From NCBI GenBank assembly GCA_965235115.1, contig OZ249440.1, positions 33,172,001-33,236,000 on the forward strand: a stretch of 64,000 nt of DNA. The letters run 5' to 3'. This document shows, one piece after another, positions 37,860 through 49,654 of the stretch. Numbering within the stretch: the stretch's first letter is position 1; each line of letters starts with the position of its first letter. The position numbers and the translations under genes were made by a program. Source of the stretch: Laetmonice hystrix (taxonomy: Eukaryota). A model generated the notes under the pieces. The model was not told where the DNA came from, made no database searches, and saw only the letters and a program-made list of their open reading frames with translations.

Positions 37860-38790
37860 ATCTACAAATGAAAGTCATTAAGATTATCTCGTTGCCATGG
37901 CAACCACAAAACTGTTTAATTTTGGTGATTTTTTTGCAAATTGTTACTTGTCAGTTTCCATAGTAACTACACTATTTGGCATTCCTCCTGTTTTTACATG
38001 CAGTGTGAATGGTACACTTACGTTACATCTGAGGGACATACGAAGTGAAAATTATTTTGTCTAGTATCCATGGTAACAAAGACAAAACTGAACTGCCTCC
38101 TTATTTCAAAGGTTTTTCAAGAAAATCAACATATTTCGGAGGTTAGAAAAAAATTATGCAGGAATCTGACATTGTGATTTCTCATATGAATGAACTCCAA
38201 GGATTTATTATCACAGAACTTAAGTTGTCGTGGTTACTTGGTTACCATGGTAACCAATTAATGAGATGATTTTTGGCCAATTTTGATGAATTATTGGGTT
38301 TTGTTTTTCTTAGTAATCACCCAGTATGTTATGCCTCCATTTTCTATGTGGAATGCGAGAGATGTAGATGTCCTCTATCTGAAGTGCATGAGAAGTAATG
38401 ATTGATCTCATTTCTATAGCAACAGAAACGCAAACATAGCTTTCTCATTGTTTCATGAAGTTCTCATAGACGTAACATATTTGATCACCCAAAAATAGAT
38501 TGCACAGCAATCTGTGCATGTGATACCTCATAAGAAAGCACTCAGTGAGACTATGTGAAATATCACAAAATGGGAGTTGTCATAGTTCGTTTGTTACCAT
38601 GGTAACCAATTAATAATCCCATTTTGGGGGCAATTTTTTAGTGAATTATTAGATATAAATTTCCTTAGCAATCACAGCATTTGACATGCACCCCCTTCTT
38701 ATGTGGAGTATGACAGATATAGATGTAGATATATGAAGCACGTGAGAATTGACGTATGGTCTCCTTTCCATAGCAACAATAACAAAACTT
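37860..38790. repeat. Degenerate about 350-bp tandem repeat, resuming at 41353-41482 after an insertion
   Basis: The block GTTACCATGGTAACCAATTAAT...GAATTATT recurs at about 38241, 38593 and 41415, with a more diverged copy at about 37891. Confidence 0.75.
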
Positions 38791-41352
38791 AACTAGTCAT
38801 GTCGTGGCGAGACCACGATGGATCCCATCCCCGGGGTGACATGTCCTTTCTGATATTGAGTTTGAGAAGAGCTACGTTCAAGGCAGACACTTCCCGACAC
38901 ATCTGTGATAGGCAGTGGTGTTTGTGAAGTGCCAGGTAAGGTGTCAAGTTATAGCCCTTAGAAAATATTTATGACATCCTTATGACGTCATAGTAACTAT
39001 GGCTGCATCTTCAACCATTTACAAGTTATAGCCCAGGGAATATATAGGTGACCTCCTTATGACGTCATAGGTCACGTGACGTACAAAACAATGGTGCCAA
39101 ATGAAATATCATATATGACTTCCTATTCGTGTTCAATAGTAACTATGGCCCTATCTGGCACCATTTACAAGTTATAGCCCTGGGAAAATATTGGCGACCT
39201 AGCTATGACGTCATAGGTCACGTGACTGGAAAGTTATGGGTGCATAATAAAAGAGCATGTATATAAGACTTCATATTAGGGTTTACTAGTAACTAAGGCT
39301 CAATCTTCAACCATTTACAAGTTATAGCCCTTAGAAAATGCAAATGACATTCTTATGACGTCATAGGTCACGTGACCTGGAAAATGAAGGTGTATAATGA
39401 AAGGGTACATATGACTTCCTATTACTGTTTAATAGTAACTATGGCTCTATCTTCATCCATTTACAAGTTATCACGCTGGGCAAATATAGGTGACGTCGTT
39501 ATGACGTCACAGGTCACGTGACCCGAAAAATAATGGTCTCAAATGAAAGACCATATATGACTTCCTATTCGTGTTCAATAGCAACTGTTGCCCTATCTGG
39601 CACCGTTTACAAGTTATGGCCCTGAGAACATATTGGCGACCTTGATCTGACATCATAAGTCACGTGACCTGGAAAATGAAGGTGTATAATGAAAGAGTAT
39701 ATATGACTTCCTATTAGTGTTTATTAGTAACTATGGCTCTATCTTCAACCATTTACAAGTTATGGGCCTGGGAAAATATAGGTGACGTCGTTAAGACGTC
39801 ATGGGTCACGTGACTTACAAAACAATGGTGCCAAATGAAAGACCATATATGACTTCCTATTCGTGTTCAAGAGTAACTATGGCTCTATCTGGCACAGTTT
39901 ACAAGTTATAGCCCTGAGAAAATGTCAACGACATCCTTATGGCGTCATAGGTCACGTGACCTGGAAAATGAAGGTGTATAATGAAAGAGCATATATGACT
40001 TCCTATTAGTGTTTAATAGTAACTATGGCTCTATCTTCAACCATTTACAAGTTATAGCCCTGGGAAAATATAGGTGAAGTCGTTATGACGTCATAGGTCA
40101 CGTGGCCTCCAAATTAATGGTGTCAAATGAAACACCATATATGACTTCCTATTCGTGTTGAATAGTAACTATGGCCCTAGCTGGCACCATTTACAAGTTA
40201 TAGCCCTGGGAACACATTGGCGACCTTGCTCTGACGTCATAGGTCACGTGACCTGGAAAATGAAGTTGTAGAACGAAAGATTATATATGACTTCCTATTA
40301 GTGTTTAATAGTAACTATGGCTCTATATTCAACCATTTACAAGTTATGGCCCTGGGAAAATATAGGTGACGTCGTTATGACGTCATAGGTCACATGACCT
40401 ACAAAACAATGGTGCAAAATGAAAGACCATATATGACTTCCTATTCGTGTTCAAGAGTAACTATGGCCGTATCTGGCACCGTTTACAAGTTATAGCCCTG
40501 AGAAAATGTCAATGACATCCTTATGACGTCATAGGTCACGTGACCTGGAAAATGAAGGTGTATAATGAAAGAGCGTATGACTTCCTATTAGTGTTTAATA
40601 GTAACTATGGCTGTCTCTTCAACCATTTACAAGTTATGGGCGTGGGAAAATATAGGTAACTTCGTTATGACGTCATAGGTCACGTGACCTACAAAATAAT
40701 GGTGTCAAATGAAAGACCATATATGACTTCCTATTCATGTTCAATAGTAACTATGACCCTATCTGGCAGCGTTTACAAATTGTAGCCATAGATATCTAAA
40801 CTGACCACTGTTCAAAACTTTAAGGTCACGTGGTTCAGTGAATATAGGTCAAATCGCTAATCCCGTGCTGTATATTTTGAAGCTTTCATTGTAGAATAGT
40901 ACTACCAAATATTGTCAAATTTTACGAAGAAATGGGGAAGAAGTAGAGATTTAACCGGATTCTGACCTAGGAGACAGTTCTCCCTAAGGTCAAAAGTCAA
41001 AGGTCAAATGAAGGGTCGAATTGAGACAGGACCCTTGCCTGATTAAAACGCCATGACGGGTTTTGAAAATTACGAATACGACCTTTAGCAATATGGCCCC
41101 AATATGCAAGACACGTTTGACGTCATGACGTCATGACGTGACGTGACGTGACGTCATGATTGATTGTGTGACCTGGCTTTGTCATGGTCAAGATCTGAGC
41201 CAAGTTTGATTTAGATATCTTCAAAAATGACTGAGATAGAACGAAATGTCTAACTACTACTACTACTACAACTACAACGCAAAGAATAATAATAATACAG
41301 AAGACGAAACCAGACAATATCAAGATCCCATCCCCTGACGGGGGATGGGATA
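38791..41352. mobile_element. Helentron-associated non-autonomous element (HINE/DINE-1-like) with an internal satellite
   Basis: Starts AACTAG. GATCCCATCCCC occurs near both ends, with a terminal hairpin TCCCATCCCC-TGAC-GGGGATGGGA, subterminal (ACT)n/(AAT)n microsatellite and a central tandem array. It interrupts the 350-bp repeat. Confidence 0.7.
38960..40830. repeat. About 146-bp satellite, about 12 monomers, mostly alternating A/B types
   Basis: The GTCACGTGAC anchor (or a 1-mismatch variant) recurs at about 39071, 39217, 39367, 39513, 39659, 39805, 39951, 40097, 40243, 40388, 40534 and 40679. Confidence 0.95.
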
Positions 41353-42435
41353 ACTACCTGCTGATTGAGAGGAAGCTTTCAAAGAACACAAAATGGGAGT
41401 TGCCATAGTTACTTGGTTACCATGGTAGCCAATTAATAATCCCATTTTTGGGGCAATTTTTGGTGAATTATTAGATATAAATTAACTATTAAATTAATTA
41501 ACTTATTAAACTATGCTCACCAGTGGTCCTCACCAAATTATTTTGTTAAGGCCCACTGGTGAGGATTTTTTTTATAATTATACCAGTATTCTATCAAACT
41601 GACGTGTTAAATTCCTTTGTTTTCTTGCCCAAAATGCACCAAGTGCCAGGGAAAGAAGGCAAAATTTCAATTTTCTGGGGATGCCCCTAGACCTTCTATT
41701 AATGCGTCACCTTCAGGCTTTATTGGGATCACTACAACTTATCAGTTCAGCCCCCCCCCCCCCCCCAGGTAATATTTCCTTCCGCCGCCTATGCGTGTAT
41801 TTAGATCATGCGATTTTTTATTTAATGGTGGAATTTCACTCTGAAATCTTTCCTGGCTGGCCTTCTCCGTTTCAGGAAATGGGTTGCCGATCACGTTTAC
41901 AAATAGGCCTATACCATGAAATGTTGCGGCACCAGTGTGACTCCTAGGGGCTGTTACCGTAAACCTGAAACGTAATTATAATCAAACATTATTATTGCCG
42001 TTACTCAATAGTCCAATGTAAAAACGTTGTCAGTCATTTCTTTGCATGAATTGCAATGAACAACTTATGTTATTTGATAAGAGTTAATGTGGAAGACAAT
42101 TAGCAACTGCTACATACTTACTGAAGTCAATAATTAAGTGGGGATGTTTCAGAATTTTGTTAAAGGGGACTAGGTATAGGTGAATTTGATGCACTTTCTA
42201 CCCCCAATTGATATAGGAAATATCTCCTTATCTTATCAGCGGATTTTCCGGGTTCCTAGAAAAATAAACCATAAACAGAAACATAAGTTTGTCAATAAAT
42301 GTAACATATAATCATAAACAGGAACATAAATAAGTTTCTCAATAAATGTAACATAATAATATATAACCACAAACAGGAACATAATTAATTTGCAAAATAA
42401 ATGCAACAATCAGTTAGGAGGATGTACTGAAAAAA

Positions 42436-42800
42436 TCAGTCATATTTACAGTAAGTTAGCAGAACAAAATAACAGCTGAAACTATCATGATAATTTTTTC
42501 TGGCCTTTTGCGAAACATGCTGGTTTTCAAGGACACTGCCTATCACCCGTTGTACCAAAGACATGGCTGTGTTGCGTTCCTGCATAAGTACACTGTACAC
42601 GAAGCATATTTTTTTGTTGATCGCATCTTTGTCCTTGGTAAACAGCATACTTGCCTTTCCGGGTTGGTATTTGGAAGGATTTTCAACGAGCCCAGCTGTT
42701 TGACTCGATTTCATCCAGGACTTTACTGATCATGGCTTCTCTTCCTTCTGGTGTTTCCCACATGAGGTCAACTTGTGATATGTGTCACGCCGCAAAGAGC
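42436..42800 (-). pseudogene. Probable N-terminal region of the DUF6589/Academ-like transposase
   Basis: SVLMQERNTAMSLVQRVIGSVL resembles the segment that precedes DUF6589 in animal proteins. Same strand as, and upstream of, 32744-33300. Confidence 0.5.
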
Positions 42801-44406
42801 GGCTGGAGCCACCTAGCGTTGATAGAGTTTCCGTGAGAGGGAGTACCTCAGACACGAGGAGTGTCTCAGGTCATGCGGAAGGGCTAGAGGGGCAACACGT
42901 TGCGGGCACGTTGGGAGATCTAACTTTCCTTGCATCTAGAATTGTCTTACTGCCACAACAGTGTGAGTAATCTGTATATTATCAATAATAGGAACTCTTT
43001 AGGCATGGATTATATTCATATCCAGGAAGATGTAGTTGTTCAGGCCGTGAGAGACATGTCTTGAGTGAGCGATATTCGGAGCAGTTGGAGTTCATTCAAC
43101 CTTTGACTAAATGTCAGTAGATTATACTATCATTGCTTAAGGTGATGTTGGCATCACATCCATATTACCCTGTAGTTCTGCAATCTGAGGTAATTCTGTT
43201 ATTTTATCTACCCTTTCAAGTTGTTACGGCGACTCACTGCATAATAAAGGATGAAGAATGGGTTATTCTGCGTCTTTGTCTGGTCTATACTAAGCAACGT
43301 GTAGTGGGGGCGTTACAATATGGTTCAACATGAACTCTGTCGTTCCCGGTTGGGTATGTCCTAGCTGCAATAGTTCATTTTCCTGGGGTTGCTCTTATGC
43401 CTATTATGTACAATTATGTGCAAAAGGTCCCGATTATGTCTCAGTCACTGATAGGGAAATATTACCTTGATTTTGGTGACGGCGATTGCGGCCTGGAAGG
43501 CTCGTTTCTGTTGGTGTTGATTGCAAGACTGGATGACTTCTTTCTTTTTCAAAGTTAAGTCTCCTGTAACGCTGGCGACAGAAATCGGCTGTGTAAGAAA
43601 GTTATCTATTAATATTTGTTAAAACTTTATGAAACTGCCAAAAATGAATGATTGTACCTATTTGAAACTTCCATATTTCAGCCATACCTGATCTACCTTT
43701 GGCTACCTCAAACTTTGAAGCAAAATAGGCCCACAGCTCGCCTTCTTCTTGTTTGATCCCTTTCTTTTCGGCAGAGGCGACGGAAACTCTGAGTTGATTT
43801 TTTGATCCCGATGTCCATTTTTGCCTATGTGGTGTTAGCTGTGGGGGAAACCTAAGTACATGTATCAGAAGATATTATTTTACGAAGATAATACCAATAT
43901 AAACACCCACTGCCTAGTGAGTATGGTACATTGATAGTGAGAAAGGGCATGGATAGTAGAGGGTAGTGCAACAACAATAGAATATAGGTGAGATTAATGA
44001 AGGGATGATTTGTGTTTTTTTAATCCCTGGGCATAAAACATGAACAGGAAAGTCATTAGACATTACCTGATCTTACTTAATACTCTTACTTACACTGGTG
44101 TTCAACCTCTTTCCATCTGGGATGTTGCCAGAACTTTGACCTTTGATGATGTCTCCTGCACTGATAATGCTGGGCTGTCGCTCATCTGGATCCTATTACA
44201 AAAAATATATCCATGTAGATCTATAACATGTGGCACTCAGGCCGTAGCCTTCACCAAAATGCTGGGGGTGGTTAGTTCCCAAAATCGGAAATATTTTCAA
44301 GAGCTCCAGATGGGGTGAACGTTGGAGAATTAAAGGAGAAAACATAATATAAAAGTGCTAGACCTTGTCCTACATGTATAAAAAAAAATTAATGAAATAG
44401 TTTTAA

Positions 44407-44575
44407 AGGCCATAGAAAAGTTCAATCTATCAATATAAGGGTGTTCAGCATGAACAAGCTTGTTCCTACCTACAATCCTGTGATGGTCTGATCTTTAATA
44501 AAGGAATAATCAACTGAAATGTAGCTAGGCATTCTCCCGCTGGCTTCGTCTGCTTGTCTGCCCTACTTGTCCACG
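44407..44575 (+). mobile_element. Kolobok-type left end, copy 1
   Basis: TTAA|AGG start; about 165 bp similar to 49167-49330. Confidence 0.6.
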
Positions 44576-44578
44576 AAT

Positions 44579-47500
44579 TGTTATGTGGCCGCCAGGCGGG
44601 ACGAACCACGCAGATTCCCAGCCAGGGTGCCGCTATTCCCATCCCACTGCGATTCCAGTTTTACCAGAAACATGCCCATGATGGCGGCAGATTCATTGAC
44701 GATTTCAGAGAGGGTTGCAAACGATAGCCACATACAAACTCTGTATTTGTTAAGATGCCCCAATAAGGGTGTGAAGAGAGAGAGAAAAGGTGTCTGCTGT
44801 CACCGGTAAGAGTACACAGTCAGTAGTGCAGTCGTAGTGAGTGAGTGTTCGATGAAGCCAGTGGCGGCGTTGTTGTGTTTGTAAACATATGGGTCACATG
44901 ATGCGGGTGTGGTCACGTGCACCGTGGAGTCACAGGACCGTCTAGACATACGAGGAGAGTTCGGCCATATTGGATGATTGAAGACAGTGGAATAAACCTA
45001 TCCCTAAACACTACAAATTGGCGACGACGATAGGATGGAATTCAGCATTCCACCACCCACACCTTTCCTGCCAGTACCAGGCGACGCGACAGTGCCATGG
45101 GATCGCTGGTACTCAGGCTTTCAGACATACATTCAGGCGACGGGCCTCGACAGGGATGAGGTACCGGCGGTGCGGCGCCGGGCCCTGCTGATTCATTGTC
45201 TGGGGATCGAGGGGCAGCGGATTTTCGGTTCGCTGACGGAGACAGACACCTACGATAAGGCAGGGACAGCCTTACAGAAACATTTTGGCCCAAAACGGAG
45301 TGTGCTGGTTGAATGGTACACATTCCGGCAATGTGCACAGCGGTTGGAGAGTCAGTGCGTGAGTACGTTACAGCCTTGCATGAACTCACTCTCAACTGTA
45401 ATTTTGGGGCGCTGACAGATGAACTGATCATGGACCAGCTGATAGAGAAAACGGGTAATCCCAGGATACGGGAACGGCTATTAATGGAGCCAGACACTCT
45501 CACGCTCGAACAAGCAGTCGTCCTGGCTGGTCGGATTGAAACTGCAGTCAGTGAAAGTTCGTTAATCACTAAGTCGTCAGGGGGTGCTGAGGTCGACACA
45601 CGAGCGACACCTCGTGTCCTAGAAGTGCAATACAGCCAGGCACGTCCAGCCGGCCAGGGGAGCCGCAAGCGGGAACCATCAAGCAGGAATGCGCCATGTG
45701 GTAACTGTGGGTTTGACTTGCACGAAACGGGAAGCCCCACATGTCCCGCGAGAGGGGAAACCTGCCATCGGTGCGGCAAGTTGAATCATTTTGGTCGTTG
45801 CTGCAGGTCTACACCTGTCAAGGGAAACACTCACAGCAAAGGGTCAGTACGCACTGTCAGCGATGAAGCAGTGTATATATCTACAGTGAAGGCTGGGAAT
45901 GACGTCAACATGGTTAGGGATTATAAGACCTGTGAACTGCTGGTGGTTGATAAACTATTGACCATACCAATGGATATCGGTGCCAAAGTGTCAATACTGA
46001 GTGACACTACATACCAGAACTGTTTTGCTGACTATCCTCTCCATCCACCAGTCAATCCACTTAGCGGATACGGTGGCACACCCATACCTGTTCACGGAGT
46101 TGTGTTTCTCCCAGTGAGGTACCAGGAGGAACAGATTGCCGATTTTCCATTCTATGTGACACGGCAGGGATCAAGTTTGCTGGGACTGGATCTATTTGAG
46201 GAACTCGGTTTTGAAATAGTAAAAAACGGCAAACCCGTTAATTCTGTTGCTCCTACATGTGTTCAGGCTTCAGAGTCTGTAGGACTGCAGAAAATGAGTA
46301 CCTTCGTCCACCGTCCACAGGTGGACCTAGAGGTTAAACCTGTGTCACTTTTGCCATTCGAGATGAAGTGTCATGAGAGTTAAAGCGACTTCAGGAAGCT
46401 GACATTATTGAACCAATCGATTCTTCACCGTGGATTTCCAACATTGTGGTTGCTCGCCATAAGTCCGGCGAATTACGGCTCTGTGTGGATCTAAGAGGCG
46501 TAAACAAATATCCACTGCCGACAATGGAGGAACTTTCATATGCATTCCACAAATCACGCTACTTTACGAAGCTGGACCTTCGCTGAAGCTACTTACAGGT
46601 GGAACTTGGAGAGGAGAGTCGCTACCTCACAGCGTTCATCACACATGATGGGGTGTTTCAATACAAACGCATGCCTTACGGTCTGAGTTCCGCACCGAGT
46701 GCGTTTCAGAAGATTTTGTCGTCCATCCTTGCTGGGGCCGATGGCTGTCTTAACATCCTCGATGACATCGTGGTCCATGGTCCCTCGAAGGAGGGACACG
46801 ACGTTCAGCTGGACAATGTTTTGACCAGGCTGGCTGCATACAACATTACACTCAACCCAGCTAAGTGTCAGGTGGCCAGGCCTGAAATTGACTTTCTCGG
46901 CTACCATGTCTCCTCCAGGGGTATAACGCCACTCACTTCGAACGTCAAAGCCATTCTCGACTTGCCAACTCCACGCAATGTCTCAGATATCTCTTCGTTT
47001 CTGGACACCACAAACTTTTACCTGAAGTTTGTCCCACATTATGCTGAGCTCGCCGAACCACTGCGGAAACTGCTTCGCAAGGATGCTGTATGGGAGTGGG
47101 CCGATGCACAGGAGTGCGCTTTCGATGCTTTGAGGAGGGCCATTACATCTGCTCCGGTTCTGGCTCATTTTGATCCTGATGCTCCAATCTTTGTGTCTAC
47201 AGATGCCTCCGGTATTGCCTTGGGGGCCGTGATGTCGCACCAGTTCGATGGGGTGGAATGGCCCATTGCATTTGCTTCTCGCACGCTCTCAGCTGCAGAA
47301 CACAAATACTTGACTGGCGAGCGAGAGGCTTTAGCCTGTATCTTTGCATGTGAACAGTGGCATATCTATCTGTTTGGGCGGAAATTCACACTGCGAACAG
47401 ATCACCAGGCACTCGCCACTCTTCTACATACCTCAGGGTCAGGACATCGACCTCTACGCATATACCGATGGTCCAATTGGTTACATCAGTATAACTTGAT

Positions 47501-47625
47501 GTCCAGTACACTGCTGGCTCAAAGAACCTTGTTGCGGACATGTTGAGCCTTTTGGTCAGGGATGATCCAGGCGCTGATGATTCCTCTGGGGAACCAGTCT
47601 TGGAGGTTCAAGTTGATGATCTGGT
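44579..47625 (+). mobile_element. Gypsy LTR retrotransposon 5' part (LTR, gag, PR, RT, RH), truncated before integrase
   Basis: PBS TGGCGACGA at 45019 after a CA-ending LTR (left edge uncertain). Gag ALLIHCLG/CNFG, knuckle CHRCGKLNHFGRCC, PR MDIGAKVS, RT ILDD, RH TDAS/EREAL/TDHQ. Several frameshifts and stops. Confidence 0.9.
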
Positions 47626-49166
47626 TACCATGGTAGGTATGCTCGTACTTCGGGGAACGGTCCAAGTTTCGATATATTCCATTTTGCAAGGTTTTGTGAG
47701 CAGTTCAAAATCAGCTCTCTCGAGTGATTGTCCGTAGGTTAACTATGGCGAACCATGGTCGTCAAGCAGGCGCTTGCACCGGGTTTCAAAACGAGGCAGC
47801 ATAGCAACCCGCAACGGAAAACCGTCTATTGTCACTCAGCCACAAATTTAATGAATTTAGGGGTAAATAGTGCTTTTCCTGGATAATTTCTCAATATGCC
47901 AACAATTAATTCTTAAGGCTGGACCCATTCGGCCCACCTCGGGACTGTCCGGGCCAGATCCTCTCGGCCCTCGCACAGTCGTCACCATGTTGGATCTTCT
48001 TTTATCACGTGACACAACGTGTCAAAACGGCGACGGCTGACACACCGACAAAGGTGAAAGACAAGCAGTGTCTGGCTTTCAGATCTCTGCTCAATACCTC
48101 TGACAAGTGGATTAGACGTCAGAGAAAATCTATTTAGGTCTCTATAGATACTTTTTTAGATGTTTACATTCCTATTGGCATTGTTTATCGTCAGACGGAG
48201 GTCAACGTTTGTCCCACGGACGAGCCGTCTCACTTGGGATTCCCTTGGGATTCCTTTGGGTGTATGACGTCATTTCTTATGTTGATGCAAGCTAGTAAAG
48301 TCGTATGATTTCATATATACTGCAAAACTGAATGTGTCGCAGCTGCTAAGAACGATCGAGACTGCAAGTCTTCGGAAATTATCCATCTTTCCTGATGAAC
48401 AATCCCGCGTTAGGCCGAATACCGACGGTCTATGAACTACTTTGCGCCGTTGTGCACTATGCGAGTTGTGATGTGCCTAAACCCGTGGAATCACTGTCAT
48501 ATCTCTACGGCTTGTGAGGTCCGAGACCACAACTAGCGAAGCGACCGGAAGTTCAGCCGAGGTTTTCCGAATGGGCTGGACCCTGTAACCCCCACGATAC
48601 ATAGGAGAGAAATGTTTGCGCTTGCAATCACTCTATTATTGCTCACAATGCTGGTTGTTGCGTCATTCTTATTTTTTAGCATTTAGCCTAGACAATGATT
48701 CACACGTTAATTAATATCAAAACCACAACTTTCTACATGCCTACAATATGATTTCTCAAAGATTGTCAAGCATTAATACTATTGCGGCCATATACCACTC
48801 CAACAAAAACTTACCATTTCTGGCGCGATTCCGGCAGCTAGATCGGTACCGCTAGATCAACTCCACCGGTACACATGCTTTTGTTTACTTCCGGACGAGC
48901 GATGACGTCAACCTTTGTGCCTCGCCTGTTATAGCTACCTTTCCCTTCATGTATAATTCTAAAGGCTTAATTTCCTTTTATACATTGTATACGTTAACTT
49001 GGCATTCTTATGTTAGTAATCCATGCCGGGACAGACTGGGACCCACATCCCAGCTGTCCCTTGTTAATCCAACTGTGAATGCCTGTTAACACTTAAACAT
49101 ACAAACCTAATACTTAGCATGTTGGGACAGCCTGGGACCCGCATCCCAGCCGTCGCTTCTTCTTAA

Positions 49167-49330
49167 AGGGAATAGAAAAGTTCAAACTATCAATATAAGG
49201 GTGTTCAGCATTGAACAAGCTTGTTCTTACCTACAATTCTGTGATTATCTGATCTTTAATAAAGGAATAATCAACCGAAATGTAGAGACATTCTCCTGCT
49301 GGCTTCGTCGGTTTGTTTACCCTATTTGGC
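49167..49330 (+). mobile_element. Kolobok-type left end, copy 2
   Basis: TTAA|AGG start; diverged direct copy of 44407-44575. Confidence 0.6.
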
Positions 49331-49654
49331 CATTTTCTCAATCTATTAATAGATATAGCTCCCACTGTCTCGCGCGGGAAATAGCGAATGACTCAGTCGC
49401 TCTGAGCTGCCAATAAACCTTCGTCAACATTTACCAACAACCCTGGAGTGGAACTTGGTCTCTCAAACCTTAGCCATCACGACAGAGCACAGCTCCCCGG
49501 AATTATAGTATTATTTTATTACTTATATGGTTGTAAGCAAGCGCCCAGCAAAATAACAAGCCTACCGTGTGCGCTTAGCGCCACCTACACGGGAGGCGGG
49601 AACCAAGCTAGCATGATGTCCCCGGGTCAGTGACGACAGACAGCTTTTTATCAT

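Noticed and set aside
38960..40830. Possible CRISPR-like repeat-spacer array
   Set aside because: The intervening sequences are homologous to each other rather than unique spacers, there are no cas genes, and the context is eukaryotic.
30083..47625. Idea that the minus-strand integrase at 30.4-31.3 kb is the inverted missing half of the Gypsy at 44.6-47.6 kb
   Set aside because: The LTR next to the integrase (30083-30267) shows no similarity to the sequence before the PBS at 45019.
44407..49330. Direct repeats read as the LTRs of the intervening Gypsy element
   Set aside because: They begin TTAA-AGG rather than TG, are not adjacent to the PBS, and are too diverged.
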